This document shows positions 23,875 to 34,161 of a stretch of DNA of 52,758 bases, one piece after another; position 1 is the first letter of the stretch, and each line of letters opens with the position of its first letter. A program made the translations under genes and the position numbers. Source of the stretch: an uncultured Gammaproteobacteria bacterium (GTDB lineage: Bacteria > Patescibacteriota > Microgenomatia > Levybacterales > UBA12049); assembly GCA_964653195.1 (NCBI GenBank), contig CAZZCX010000005.1, positions 17,829 through 70,586 on the forward strand, given 5' to 3'. A model generated the notes under the pieces. That model worked only from the letters and a program-made list of their open reading frames with translations, did not search any database and was not told where the DNA came from.

Positions 23875-24297
23875 CTACTTTTTATAATTAAGTTTAAATA
23901 GGCAAAATGAGATAAATAGAAAAGCTGTTAGGCAAAGTGTAGCTTGTGTGATGAAGCCAAAAATTTCAAAGAATTTCGTAGTGCATACGAATCCAGCTGA
24001 GCAGGGCACAAGCGGAAGATTAATTAGTTTCCAATGAACCAGTTGTTGATAGGCTGCAGATGGTATACCTAGAAGCAGAAAGGGGACTGAAAAATATTTC
24101 AAATTTATATCGCGTTTTAGAATACCTACAGTTAGAATTAATAGAAGTCCCAGCATGAGCATTCTCTCTATCCAGCAAAGCGGTGCTGCGGGATTGCCTT
24201 TGATTTCAATGAAAAATATACTTGCAGCTGTAGCAAGTAGAGCCATTGTCCAGGCAAGATATGCATAGATATTGAGCGATTTTGTATTTTTATCCAT
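23875..24297 (-). CDS. Disulfide bond formation protein, DsbB/BdbC family (second copy)
   Basis: Four TM segments, APLCWIERMLM and a second Cys pair VPCSAGFVCT. Confidence 0.75.
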   Translation of the reverse strand: MDKNTKSLNIYAYLAWTMALLATAASIFFIEIKGNPAAPLCWIERMLMLGLLLILTVGILKRDINLKYFSVPFLLLGIPSAAYQQLVHWKLINLPLVPCSAGFVCTTKFFEIFGFITQATLCLTAFLFISFCLFKLNYKK

Positions 24298-24391
24298 TTG
24301 ATACTTTATATCATACCCCGAATTTTTTTACATGATATTTATCACATTTGTATCGTTGCAGATTTAGCGAAAACATTATATGCTCAATTTG

Positions 24392-24928
24392 ATGAAGAAA
24401 AGTATCAAAATTCTGCTTGTTTTTATATTTTTGAACGTAATCGGCGCATTTGTACTCTTTCGCATTTGGAAGAATGTTGAAGTTAGCGGGATAAGTAATT
24501 TTGAGGAATGTACGGCATATAATTATCCCATCCAAGATTCCTATCCGCCAAGGTGCAGTACGCCAGATGGTAAGACATTTACACAGGATATCGGAAATGA
24601 ACTTGAATATACGGATCTTATTCGCATTGATACACCTAGACCGAATAGCGACGTTGTAAGTCCTCTAAATATAAAAGGCGTTGCAAGAGGTAGTTGGTTT
24701 TGGGAAGCCAATTCAACTGCGGAAATTTATGATGGAAATGGACTATCAATAGGAAATGGATTTGTGATAGCTGTTGGTGAATCAATGACTGAGGATTTCG
24801 TAAAAATGGAAGGTGTTATAGAATTTGAAAAACCAGAAACTCCTACGGGTAAGCTTATACTAAGAAATGATAATCCTTCAGGTCTTGTGGAAAATCAGAA
24901 GGAATTAATTATACCAGTAAAATTTTAA
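24392..24928 (+). CDS. Secreted Gmad2-type Ig-like domain protein
   Basis: Signal anchor MKKSIKILLVFIFLNVIGAFVLF. SPLNIKGVARGSWFWEANSTAEIYDGNG...LILRNDNPSG resembles the Gmad2 domain. Confidence 0.65.
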   Translation: MKKSIKILLVFIFLNVIGAFVLFRIWKNVEVSGISNFEECTAYNYPIQDSYPPRCSTPDGKTFTQDIGNELEYTDLIRIDTPRPNSDVVSPLNIKGVARGSWFWEANSTAEIYDGNGLSIGNGFVIAVGESMTEDFVKMEGVIEFEKPETPTGKLILRNDNPSGLVENQKELIIPVKF

Positions 24929-25041
24929 TAGATTCTAGATGTGTATTGATAACTTCTTATCTTCTTCTTACCTACTTTTAAAGTAACTTACATGTTGTAG
25001 TGCTAGATTTACCTTAAGTATGAAGGGAGGTGAGATTATAA

Positions 25042-25713
25042 ATGAAAACAATTATAGGTGTTATTTCAGATAGAGAACATGCAGAGTTGGCGATTGAAGA
25101 TTTAAAGACCAGAGGTTATAAACCTGATGAATTATCAATAATTATGCGCGATCAGAGCCAGGCTCAAGAGATGTCTGCTGATACTGGAGTAGATGTTGTA
25201 AGCGGTACAGCGACCGGTGCTACGACAGGAGCAGTGCTCGGTGGTTTGGCTGGACTTTTGGCAAGTTATATGATTCCTGGATTGGGAGCATTTTTTATCG
25301 GAGGACCTATTGCATCGGCTTTAGGACTTACTGGTGCAGCAGCTACAACGGCTTCAGGTGCAGCTACAGGTGCACTTGCGGGTGGATTTTTGGGAGCTTT
25401 AACAGGACTTGGATTATCTGAGGATGATGCCAGATTATATGAGGAGAGTGTTAATGCTGGAAAAATACTCATTGCCGTACCTGTTCTAAATGAATCTGAA
25501 AAAGAAGTGGAGGGGTTATTACGTGCTCATTATGCTGACCAGATAAAATCTATAAATGCATCAACAGGAACTGATAGATTCGAAGATAAAAAGACTTTGA
25601 ATAAATCCGTTGATTCAGAAGATTTTAGGGAAGAAATTTCTGATTACTCTCCGAAGTATCATACGGTTAGTACTAAAGGTGGTAAGTCGAAAAGGACTTC
25701 TGAAAGTGGATGA
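25042..25713 (+). CDS. General-stress-protein (YflT-like N-domain) with glycine-zipper membrane segment
   Basis: Strong SD GGGAGGTGA. IIGVISDREHAELAIEDLKTRGYKPDELSIIM, followed by a long Gly/Ala/Thr zipper. Confidence 0.7.
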   Translation: MKTIIGVISDREHAELAIEDLKTRGYKPDELSIIMRDQSQAQEMSADTGVDVVSGTATGATTGAVLGGLAGLLASYMIPGLGAFFIGGPIASALGLTGAAATTASGAATGALAGGFLGALTGLGLSEDDARLYEESVNAGKILIAVPVLNESEKEVEGLLRAHYADQIKSINASTGTDRFEDKKTLNKSVDSEDFREEISDYSPKYHTVSTKGGKSKRTSESG

Positions 25714-25761
25714 TAAAATGTACTAGTAAACGAGTACATAAATTGGTGAATCATAATTTGG

Positions 25762-25792
25762 ACAAAACAGTTACCTTTGGTAGCTGTTTTGT
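25762..25792 (+). terminator. Putative intrinsic terminator
   Basis: acaaaacag-ttacctttggtag-ctgttttgt (9-bp stem) followed by tgcttg. Confidence 0.45.
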
Positions 25793-25872
25793 TGCTTGAT
25801 GCACGTATTCTTAGCAAAGAGTGAAAGTTATTATTTGCGGATACAAATTAATAGATATATAATGCATTTATT

Positions 25873-26526
25873 GTGAATAAAAATATAGTAATTATTGCAG
25901 TATTAATCGCTTTTGCCTTATTAGGTGGGGGAGCATACATGATGCTGAGTCGTTCATATGATAAACCTGCTGACACTAATGGTCAAAAATCTATAACTCC
26001 AGCTATTTCAAGCGAGAGGGGTATCAAATCACTTCGAGATTTTGCAAGTTTAGGTTCTAATAAAGAGTGTACGTTTAGTGACCTAGATTCAGACAATAAA
26101 GGTACAATGTATATAGGAAATGGTGAGGTTAGGGGAGATTTTGAATCGAATATAGATGGAAAAATAGTTATTTCTCATATGATTCAGGATGAGAATGGAA
26201 TGTTTATATGGACAGATGGAGAGAAGCAGGGATTTAAAGTATCGCTTGAATCAATAAATGATGCTGTAGAAAAAGTAGATACAACAGGATTTGATTTAAA
26301 TAAAGAGGTTGATTACAGTTGTAAGCCTTGGTCGGTTGTTCAGGGTGTTTTTGATGCACCAAGGGATGTCGAATTTCAGGATTTTAGTAAAATGATGAAA
26401 GGTATAGCAGAGAAGATGCAAGTTGAATCTACCCCAGGTGCTACAGGTTCATCGTCTTGCTCTATGTGTGATAATCTTCCAGCAGAATCACAAGCTTCAT
26501 GCCGTACAGCCCTCAAATGCGACTAA
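25873..26526 (+). CDS. Secreted Cys-containing orphan protein (217 aa)
   Basis: GTG start, N-terminal TM/signal segment, and C-terminus SSCSMCDNLPAESQASCRTALKCD. Confidence 0.6.
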   Translation: MNKNIVIIAVLIAFALLGGGAYMMLSRSYDKPADTNGQKSITPAISSERGIKSLRDFASLGSNKECTFSDLDSDNKGTMYIGNGEVRGDFESNIDGKIVISHMIQDENGMFIWTDGEKQGFKVSLESINDAVEKVDTTGFDLNKEVDYSCKPWSVVQGVFDAPRDVEFQDFSKMMKGIAEKMQVESTPGATGSSSCSMCDNLPAESQASCRTALKCD

Positions 26527-26615
26527 TTGATACTTCGTTTCTAGGTTTAGTTAACCTTCATTGCTAGTAATCATAATTGATTATTTTAACTCACCTACAA
26601 TATTGATAGAATAAT

Positions 26616-26876
26616 ATGGTGAAGAGGTATTGGTTCAAAGCAAAAAAGTATGGATGGGGATGGTATCCTGCGAGTGTCGAAGGATGGCTTATTATATTGG
26701 CTTATGTCATATATATAATATTTCTAGCCAAAAAGCTGGAAACGATGCTTGATATAAGCTCATCTTCCGCGCTCCAATACGCTATAGCGTTTTTGTTTCC
26801 CACATTAATATTGCTGATGGTATGTTTTTGGAGAGGTGAGAAACCAGGGTGGCATTGGGGAGATAAGAAAAAGTAA
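26616..26876 (+). CDS. Small two-TM membrane protein
   Basis: KKYGWGWYPASVEGWLIILAYVIY..., Trp-rich N-terminal motif and two hydrophobic helices. Confidence 0.6.
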   Translation: MVKRYWFKAKKYGWGWYPASVEGWLIILAYVIYIIFLAKKLETMLDISSSSALQYAIAFLFPTLILLMVCFWRGEKPGWHWGDKKK

Positions 26877-27062
26877 GATCAAAATATTAAAGTTTATTGG
26901 ATAACTATCCATTTGATATACTTAATTTGTACGATGTATTGTCTTACATAATTTTCTAATTAGACTCACTTTCCCTTTTTCTTTACTTCATTTAGGCCTA
27001 CTTCGTCACTATTCTTAACTATTTATTTGGATGTTTAGTAATTGTTGCGTAAATTCATATTA

Positions 27063-28238
27063 TCAAGAGAATTGATATTTTCTCACTATATATAAACTAA
27101 GGGGAAAAACAGTAAAAAGAGTAAGGATTCCTAATAAAGTATACATCCATCTTACTGAAAAAAGGCTGATTATGGGTCCAGAAGTAAGTGTAATAATGAT
27201 ATATAGAACTCCAATTAGCATACTTAATAGAGAAATTGCAGTCGCGCGGTACTTAGAATCAAAAGCTTCATTAGTATACTTAGTGAGTATCATCCATCTC
27301 GCGGTAGAGCTCATCATTCCACCTGCTACGAAAGGAACTCCGATCCAGCCCTGAAGGAGAAATCCAGGTGAAAGTGAAAGTATCATGATTGTCGGAAAAA
27401 ACAGTATTGACAGCTTTTCCGTAAAGATATGTGAGTTTTTTATAAGATTAGTCAGTATAAGAATATTGCTTAAACGGAGAGCTGCGTCAATTATGCCTCG
27501 CTCCTGGTTGCTAAATCCTAGTTCGACAAGTACATATCCATTAAAGTATAAAGCGCATGTCCAAGTTATCGCTCCAACCAATATATAAAATAAAGAAATA
27601 GATGCTGTAGGCTTATTTTTAAAAGCTTCTTTAGAGCCAAATTTTATTTGTCGTAGATAGTTGCGTATCGTAAATTTTTCAGAATCGACTTTAGGTTCTA
27701 TGAAAAAGAAGGATAAAGTAAATGCTGATAATAAACATAATCCATATAGAATATAGGGGAGGCCATAATAATAAGAATAAAGAAATCCACCTAGAAAAGT
27801 TGCCGTTAGTAATCCAATTTGATACCAAAATGCTTGTTTGCCAAGAATTTTTGAAAACATATTTTCCTGGCCATCTTGTTTAAGAGAATCATAAACAAGC
27901 GCTTCAACAGATCCGGAAAGTAGCGAGTCTGCTATTCCTACAAGCGCTGCTAATATCATGAAATGTGAAAAAGAGGTTGCTAGAGGGAAGAGTAGAAAGC
28001 TTATACTACCAAAGAAAAATCCTAAAATTGAAGTAAGTTTTTTGCCAAGTAAGTCAGCAAAAGCCCCAGTGGGCAGTTCTCCTATTACTTGAATGAAATA
28101 TTGAAACGCAACAAGTAAAGATATTTCTAAAGCCGTAAGTCTACCCTGATAAAAAACAATCCAAATAGGGATAGTAAATATAAGTGAGTGCAGAAACTGA
28201 GTGATGGTATAGAGTCTGCTGTTTCTTTTTGAAATCAT
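27063..28238 (-). CDS. MFS transporter
   Basis: About 12 TM segments and an MFS loop motif (GAFADLLGKK). Confidence 0.8.
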   Translation of the reverse strand: MISKRNSRLYTITQFLHSLIFTIPIWIVFYQGRLTALEISLLVAFQYFIQVIGELPTGAFADLLGKKLTSILGFFFGSISFLLFPLATSFSHFMILAALVGIADSLLSGSVEALVYDSLKQDGQENMFSKILGKQAFWYQIGLLTATFLGGFLYSYYYGLPYILYGLCLLSAFTLSFFFIEPKVDSEKFTIRNYLRQIKFGSKEAFKNKPTASISLFYILVGAITWTCALYFNGYVLVELGFSNQERGIIDAALRLSNILILTNLIKNSHIFTEKLSILFFPTIMILSLSPGFLLQGWIGVPFVAGGMMSSTARWMILTKYTNEAFDSKYRATAISLLSMLIGVLYIIITLTSGPIISLFSVRWMYTLLGILTLFTVFPLSLYIVRKYQFS

Positions 28239-28304
28239 GGTGTTATTATAGAATGCTTTTGAATGCTCATCAATAGAACCTTGAAAGTCTGATATAATAT
28301 AAGC

Positions 28305-28613
28305 ATGGGGTATCTCGTTGAGTTGAATACTTTATTCCGTCCACCCAGTAGTTTTGATTTTTCTTCATTAGTAAGTGGTGAAAGATATACAGTGACTTTA
28401 GAAAAAGAGCGAGCATTTCCTCTACATTTGGCCATACTTCTAATTGATAAAGAATGGAATTTCTATGGGTATTGTGTTGCTCATTCTGCAGTAGTTAAAG
28501 AACAGAAAACTATAATTGAATTTGAAATGTTAACTAAATTTTCTCTCGATGAACAAAAGCTTTACCGAGAAAAATTTTTGGAAGCTGGAAAAATGACCGG
28601 AGAAGTGGTGTAG
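28305..28613 (+). CDS. Hypothetical cytosolic protein (102 aa)
   Basis: ORF only; no motif recognised. Confidence 0.45.
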   Translation: MGYLVELNTLFRPPSSFDFSSLVSGERYTVTLEKERAFPLHLAILLIDKEWNFYGYCVAHSAVVKEQKTIIEFEMLTKFSLDEQKLYREKFLEAGKMTGEVV

Positions 28614-28659
28614 TTTCATTTTTTGTAAGTTGTTTGGGAGGGGATTGAAAGGAAGCGTT

Positions 28660-29118
28660 TTACTGACTATCTACTGTTTGCTCTACTTCTTCTTTTGAGA
28701 CGGGTTTCACTAACTGCATAAGCTCTACTATGCCAAAGGCCACTAAGGCATAAACTATAGCTGCGACTATAGTTGACCATTCAAAGTAATTTCCTTGTGT
28801 GGTCGCAGTGATACCAAATATACTCCTGAAAGGAGTAGCTAGAGGGTTTGATAGTGAATAAATTAAGCTCGTGAAAGCATTTAGAGGGTTGGCGTTAAGG
28901 GCTTTTAGAGTCATACGAAATGCTAATAAAAATTCAATTACACCTAAAATGTACCAGATAATTTGGTTGGTTCGGAAAATTGCTTTCTTTTTTTGAAATA
29001 CTCTTTGGGGATGTTCATTTACTACTTGTGGCGTGACTTGTTTCGTAGTTTTTACTACCTGAGTAGGGATGGATTTAGATACAGTCGTTACTTCTTGAGT
29101 TTCTACTACTTCAGGCAT
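28660..29118 (-). CDS. YggT-family membrane protein with hydrophilic N-terminal extension
   Basis: IIWYILGVIEFLLAFRMTLKALNANP...PLATPFR... resembles the YGGT repeat. Confidence 0.65.
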   Translation of the reverse strand: MPEVVETQEVTTVSKSIPTQVVKTTKQVTPQVVNEHPQRVFQKKKAIFRTNQIIWYILGVIEFLLAFRMTLKALNANPLNAFTSLIYSLSNPLATPFRSIFGITATTQGNYFEWSTIVAAIVYALVAFGIVELMQLVKPVSKEEVEQTVDSQ

Positions 29119-29207
29119 AGATTCCTTTCGGTACTATCTCATGGTATGTTAATGATGAAATATAGTCAAGCTCAACTTTAGATCGTTTTGACGACTCATT
29201 TTAACTA

Positions 29208-29236
29208 TTGACATATACCCCCAGGGGGTATATCAT
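29208..29236 (+). promoter_or_regulatory. csoR-cop promoter with CsoR-type operator in the spacer
   Basis: TTGACA (29208-29213), 17-nt spacer, TATCAT (29231-29236). The 21-nt palindrome ATATACCCCCaGGGGGTATAT (29213-29233) spans the spacer. The A of the csoR ATG (29243) is 7 nt after the -10. Confidence 0.7.
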
Positions 29237-29242
29237 TTATTA

Positions 29243-29515
29243 ATGAAATCTAATTATAAAGATGTCAAAGTGAAAGCTCAAAAGAGAATAAATATTATCA
29301 AAGGACAGCTCGATGGACTAGCGAAAATGATCGACTCAGATGTATACTGCATGGATCTTCTTAATCAAAGCCTCGCTATTCAAAACTCCCTACGAAGTCT
29401 CGATTCAGTCCTATTTGAAAGACACGTAAAAACCCATGTAATACATCAGTTAAAACACGAAGAAGAGAAAGCAGTGACTGAATTAGTCACATTGTTTAAA
29501 AGGGTAAATAAATGA
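29243..29515 (+). CDS. csoR: Copper-sensing transcriptional repressor, CsoR/RcnR family
   Basis: 90-aa helical protein. RINIIKGQLDGLAKMI..DVYCMDLLNQSLAIQNSL...H places Cys and His at the family positions. Confidence 0.85.
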   Translation: MKSNYKDVKVKAQKRINIIKGQLDGLAKMIDSDVYCMDLLNQSLAIQNSLRSLDSVLFERHVKTHVIHQLKHEEEKAVTELVTLFKRVNK

Positions 29516-29519
29516 ATTT

Positions 29520-29882
29520 ATGCAGATAGATAAAGTACTAGTAGGGCTAATTAGTATAGTCGGAATAGTTTATACTTATTGGTTTTTTCTTATGAAGAAA
29601 GAACAAGTTGTAGAAATTACATCTGATTCCGTGGATATTACTGTTAGTGGAGGGTATCAACCAGAAGTAATATCAATTCCAAAAGGAAAAACCACGAAGA
29701 TAAATTTTTTCAGAAAAGACCCTTCAAGTTGTTTAGAGGAAGTTGTTTTGAGTGATTTTAAAATTCGAAAATACTTACCACTAAATAAGAAAGTAACTGT
29801 TGAAATTACTCCGCATAAGTTAGGAGAATATCCTTTTTCTTGTGGTATGAACATGTTTCACGGAAAAATAAAAGTTATTTAA
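29520..29882 (+). CDS. Membrane-anchored cupredoxin-like domain protein
   Basis: TM anchor followed by a beta domain ending [15 protein letters not shown] (Cys/Met/His ligand cluster). Confidence 0.7.
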   Translation: MQIDKVLVGLISIVGIVYTYWFFLMKKEQVVEITSDSVDITVSGGYQPEVISIPKGKTTKINFFRKDPSSCLEEVVLSDFKIRKYLPLNKKVTVEITPHKLGEYPFSCGMNMFHGKIKVI

Positions 29883-29883
29883 T

Positions 29884-32112
29884 ATGAAATATATTAAGAA
29901 AATATATCCAATAAAAGGCATGCATTGTGCATCTTGCGTCAGAGTTATTGAAAAGTCACTCATTAAAACATCTGGTGTAGAAAATGCGGTCGTAAATCTA
30001 GCCACTGAAAAAGCGACCGTTACTTATGATCAAAATGTTTGCAAAGAAGAAAATATTTCATCAGCAGTTGAAAAAGTTGGTTATAAATTAGTGACTGATG
30101 AAAATGCTATTTCAGAAGACCAACAAAATTTGGAAAAAGCAAAAGAGCTTAAAAAATTAAGAAATAAAGTTGCTGTAGGTCTTTTTCTCGGAGGATTGAT
30201 TTTATGGGGTAGTTTTCCAGGACTCATGAACTTTGCACCTGAAATACTTAAGAACTTTTGGGTACAACTTTTACTTGCGACACCAGTACAGTTTTGGGCT
30301 GGATGGGATTTCTACAGAGCTACAATTCCTGCATTAAAACATAGAACTGCTAATATGGATACTTTAGTAGCATTAGGAACAACTGTTGCTTATTTTTATT
30401 CTGTATTTGTAACCTTTTCTCCTAGCATTATTATGGACTTAGGAATGGAAGCTATGCCTTACTTTGATGTCGCTACTATTGTCATCGGACTTATTTTATT
30501 AGGTCGTTATCTTGAAGCACGAGCTAAGGGGCAAACATCAGAAGCGATTAAAAAGTTAATAGGAATGCAAGCTAAAACTGCAAGAGTTGTGAGAGATGGA
30601 AAAGAAGTAGATCTTTCAATTGAACAGGTTGCAATAGGGGATGTAATAAGAGTAAGACCAGGTGAAAAGATTCCTGTAGATGGAATCTTATTAGAAGGTG
30701 AATCATCAGTTGATGAATCAATGATTACTGGTGAAAGTATTCCAGTTGAAAAACAAAAAGGAGATACAGTTGTGGGTGCAACAATTAATAAAACTGGAAC
30801 ATTTACTTATAAAGCTAGCAAGATAGGACAAGACACTATGCTTGCTCAGATTATTAAACTCGTCCAAGAAGCACAAGGCTCTAAAGCTCCTATACAAAGA
30901 ATTGCAGATACAATTTCTTCTTATTTTGTGCCAGTTGTCATTATGTTAGCTATTGCCACATTCGGTATTTGGTATGTAGTTGGTCCAAATCCTGCATTAC
31001 TTTTTGCATTACTTAATACTGTAGCGGTTCTTATTATCGCATGTCCCTGTGCTATGGGTTTGGCTACTCCTACTGCCATAATGGTCGGTACCGGACTCGG
31101 TGCAGAACGGGGGATACTTATTAAAGATGCTGAGAGTTTAGAGATTGCACATAAAGTAGATACTATTGTTTTCGATAAAACTGGAACTTTAACAAAAGGA
31201 AAGCCAGAGGTCACAGATATCATACCTATTAGCAAAATGGATAAAGAGGAATTGCTAGCATTAGCAGCATCTATTGAGAAGGGTTCTGAACACTCATTAG
31301 CAGAAGCGATTGTTAAAAAAGCAGAGGATGAGAAAATTAAAATTGATGTAGCGACTAAGTTTAAGGCAATCGCCGGTCATGGTGTTGAAGGAAAAGTATC
31401 CACAAAGAAAGTTTATTTTGGGAATAGAAGGTTAATGGAAAAAGAAAATATTTTTTTTGGTTCTCTATTGGAATCAATTGAAAAATTAGAGGGAGATGGT
31501 AAAACTGTTATGATGCTTGGAGTAAATGGAAAACTAGAAGGTCTTATTGCTGTTGCAGATACTATTAAAGAATCCGCTAAAGATGGCGTAGGCGCATTAA
31601 CAAGAAAAGGCATAGAAGTTGTGATGATAACAGGTGATAACCAAAGGACAGCACAAGCAATAGCCTCAAAGTTAGGAATAAAAAGAGTTTTGGCGGAAGT
31701 TTTGCCAGGTCAAAAGGAAGCAGAGGTTAGAAAGTTGCAAGCTGAAGGAAAAGTTGTTGCTATGGTAGGAGATGGTATAAATGATGCTCCAGCTCTAGCT
31801 GCTGCTGATGTAGGCATTGCAATGGGAACAGGAACAGACGTTGCAATAGAGGCTGCAGATATAACGCTTATTAATAAGGATTTAAAATCAGTAGCTTCAG
31901 CAATTGAACTATCACGAAAAACTATAAGAACGATTAAAATTAATCTTTTCTGGGCTTTTGGATATAATATACTATTAATTCCTGTTGCTATGGGTATCTT
32001 ATATCCGATTTTCGGAATATTACTAAGTCCTATATTGGCATCCATTGCGATGGCTACCAGTTCTGTATCTGTTGTAACTAACTCTCTTTTATTAAAAAGG
32101 AGTAGAATCTAA
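29884..32112 (+). CDS. copA: Copper-translocating P1B-type ATPase
   Basis: N-terminal HMA GMHCASC, TGES, CPC ([12 protein letters not shown]), DKTGTLT, and [10 protein letters not shown]. Confidence 0.95.
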   Translation: MKYIKKIYPIKGMHCASCVRVIEKSLIKTSGVENAVVNLATEKATVTYDQNVCKEENISSAVEKVGYKLVTDENAISEDQQNLEKAKELKKLRNKVAVGLFLGGLILWGSFPGLMNFAPEILKNFWVQLLLATPVQFWAGWDFYRATIPALKHRTANMDTLVALGTTVAYFYSVFVTFSPSIIMDLGMEAMPYFDVATIVIGLILLGRYLEARAKGQTSEAIKKLIGMQAKTARVVRDGKEVDLSIEQVAIGDVIRVRPGEKIPVDGILLEGESSVDESMITGESIPVEKQKGDTVVGATINKTGTFTYKASKIGQDTMLAQIIKLVQEAQGSKAPIQRIADTISSYFVPVVIMLAIATFGIWYVVGPNPALLFALLNTVAVLIIACPCAMGLATPTAIMVGTGLGAERGILIKDAESLEIAHKVDTIVFDKTGTLTKGKPEVTDIIPISKMDKEELLALAASIEKGSEHSLAEAIVKKAEDEKIKIDVATKFKAIAGHGVEGKVSTKKVYFGNRRLMEKENIFFGSLLESIEKLEGDGKTVMMLGVNGKLEGLIAVADTIKESAKDGVGALTRKGIEVVMITGDNQRTAQAIASKLGIKRVLAEVLPGQKEAEVRKLQAEGKVVAMVGDGINDAPALAAADVGIAMGTGTDVAIEAADITLINKDLKSVASAIELSRKTIRTIKINLFWAFGYNILLIPVAMGILYPIFGILLSPILASIAMATSSVSVVTNSLLLKRSRI

Positions 32113-32114
32113 TT

Positions 32115-33116
32115 ATGAATCCTTTTGTAATTTTATTAACAGGACTTACTGTAGGCGGACTTACTTGTCTTGCGGTACAAGGCGGACTTCTTGCATCAGT
32201 TATAGCAGCAAGGGGAAACAACGAGAAATCGGATAAATCACATCACGTTTTGGTCATAACTTCAGTTTTTCTTTTTAGTAAATTTATTTCTTATACCTTA
32301 CTTGGCTTTTTACTGGGATTATTTGGCGGAGCTATAAATATCGGAAGCAATATTCAATCTTTTATGCAGTTATTAGCAGGTATCTATATGATTGCTGTAG
32401 CATTGAATTTATTGGATATTCATCCTATATTTCGCTATGTTGTAATTCAACCGCCACGGTTTTTGACTAGAGTAGTGCGTAACAAATCAAAATCGAAAGA
32501 TATATTTGCGCCTTTCATACTCGGTTTTATGACTATATTTATTCCTTGTGGAACAACTCTAGCTATGGAGGCACTTGCTATAAGCAGTGCAGACCCTATT
32601 CTAGGAGCATCTATTTTGGCCCTTTTTACTGCGGGCACCATACCCCTTTTTCTAAGCATTGGATTTATCAGCTCTATTTTAGGTGATGCATATAAAACGA
32701 AGTTTTTGAAAATTGCAGCATTTGCTGTTTTATATTTGGGGATAACTGCTGTGAATGGATCATTTATTGCATTAAATATCCCATTCAATTCACGGGTTTT
32801 TGCTGATATATTTAATTTTTCAACGAATACACCTTCAAAAAATATTCAAATTAGTCAGGAAAATGAAATTCTTATAACATCAGGAGGATACACTCCAAAT
32901 TATATAATTGTGAAAAAAAATCAGCTGGTGACTCTTAAGCTGGTCAGCCAGGGTGCTTACAGTTGCGCTTCTGCTTTTCGTATACCTTCTTTAGGTATAA
33001 GTCGGGATTTGCAGCCTAACGAGACACAAACTGTTTCATTTACACCAGATAAAGTCGGGAAAATACTTTTTACCTGTTCAATGGGTATGTATACTGGAGT
33101 AATTGAGGTAATTTAA
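32115..33116 (+). CDS. DsbD_2/TauE-like transmembrane domain fused to a C-terminal cupredoxin-like domain
   Basis: N-terminus LTVGGLTCLAVQGGLL and six TM segments. The C-terminus FTCSMGMYTGVIEVI is paralogous to the 29520 protein. Confidence 0.7.
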   Translation: MNPFVILLTGLTVGGLTCLAVQGGLLASVIAARGNNEKSDKSHHVLVITSVFLFSKFISYTLLGFLLGLFGGAINIGSNIQSFMQLLAGIYMIAVALNLLDIHPIFRYVVIQPPRFLTRVVRNKSKSKDIFAPFILGFMTIFIPCGTTLAMEALAISSADPILGASILALFTAGTIPLFLSIGFISSILGDAYKTKFLKIAAFAVLYLGITAVNGSFIALNIPFNSRVFADIFNFSTNTPSKNIQISQENEILITSGGYTPNYIIVKKNQLVTLKLVSQGAYSCASAFRIPSLGISRDLQPNETQTVSFTPDKVGKILFTCSMGMYTGVIEVI

Positions 33117-33158
33117 TTCATCCCATGAAATCAGGGTGATAAAAGTAAAAAAGAATTT

Positions 33159-33377
33159 ATGAGCAGAATAATCAAAAAAACATTCCAGATAAAAGGCATG
33201 CATTGTGTCTCCTGCGCGATGAACATAGATTTTGATTTAGAGGATATAAATGGTGTAAAAAAGGCGCATACTAATTATGCGAAACAAATTTGTGAGGTAG
33301 AATATGATTCTGGCATTGTAACAGAAAAAGATATCATCGCATCAATTGAGAAAACAGGTTACAGTGTTGAAATCTGA
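33159..33377 (+). CDS. copZ: Copper chaperone (HMA domain)
   Basis: 72 aa with GMHCVSCAMNI. Confidence 0.85.
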   Translation: MSRIIKKTFQIKGMHCVSCAMNIDFDLEDINGVKKAHTNYAKQICEVEYDSGIVTEKDIIASIEKTGYSVEI

Positions 33378-33408
33378 TACGCATATTCACTCACTCTTTC
33401 CTCAAAAT

Positions 33409-34128
33409 ATGAACTCATTTAAATATACTTCTTTCAGATTGGCTTTGAATGTAGATGATGTTTTTGCCAATATGCATGCAATAGATGAGGAATTAAGAGG
33501 AACGAATCTAAATAATCTAAGGGCATTTAATTATACTTATTTTATAATTACCAAAAACGTACTCAATCGTTTAGGTACCGGATATTTCACAGATGATAAT
33601 TTAATGCGTTCAGTTGATACTGTGTTTGGGAATTTTTATTTCGAAGCATTACACGGGTATATAAATAACGATAAATGTCCATTGTCTTGGAAATTGCTTT
33701 TCGATACCTGCAAAGAAAACTCCTTTCATCAGTTTGTATATATGGCCTTAGGTGTAAATGCACATGTAAATAATGATTTGCCTCAAACATTACAACTCGT
33801 ACATAGAGGGGATATGAATAAAGACGATTTTGACAAGATAAATGAAATAATAGGGTTCAGTATGAAAGAAGTGATTTCAAGTCTTCATGAGAAGTCAATT
33901 TTATTAAGTAAAATCCAAAATATTTCATTATTTTTTTATAAACCAATCCTCACTCAGCTTATCAGGAATTGGCGGGATGTTGCATGGGAAAATTACTGTT
34001 TATTAAATGAAAAAAGGAGAAAGGTAAATGATATTGAGCTTGAGGCATCTATCATTGCAAAAAAATTGTTGAGTATAAAGCATGTTTATGACTTACCGAA
34101 AGTTATTCCTACACTTTATATACGTTAA
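33409..34128 (+). CDS. Hypothetical protein (possibly DUF5995-like)
   Basis: Start trimmed to ATG 33409 to avoid overlap with copZ. The motif LGVNAHVNNDLPQ is recalled from DUF5995-type proteins with low certainty. Confidence 0.5.
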   Translation: MNSFKYTSFRLALNVDDVFANMHAIDEELRGTNLNNLRAFNYTYFIITKNVLNRLGTGYFTDDNLMRSVDTVFGNFYFEALHGYINNDKCPLSWKLLFDTCKENSFHQFVYMALGVNAHVNNDLPQTLQLVHRGDMNKDDFDKINEIIGFSMKEVISSLHEKSILLSKIQNISLFFYKPILTQLIRNWRDVAWENYCLLNEKRRKVNDIELEASIIAKKLLSIKHVYDLPKVIPTLYIR

Positions 34129-34161
34129 TTCTCAAGTATTTAAAATGAGTTGACTAGGTTT

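Noticed and set aside
30921-32788. Antisense ORFs inside copA and the DsbD_2-like gene (30921-31235, 31413-31613, 31710-32045, 32447-32788). Similar antisense ORFs lie inside other well-supported genes (e.g. 7831-8160, 11946-12239, 12888-13214)
   Set aside because: They lie wholly within strongly supported CDSs on the opposite strand and have no independent signals. They are typical shadow ORFs.
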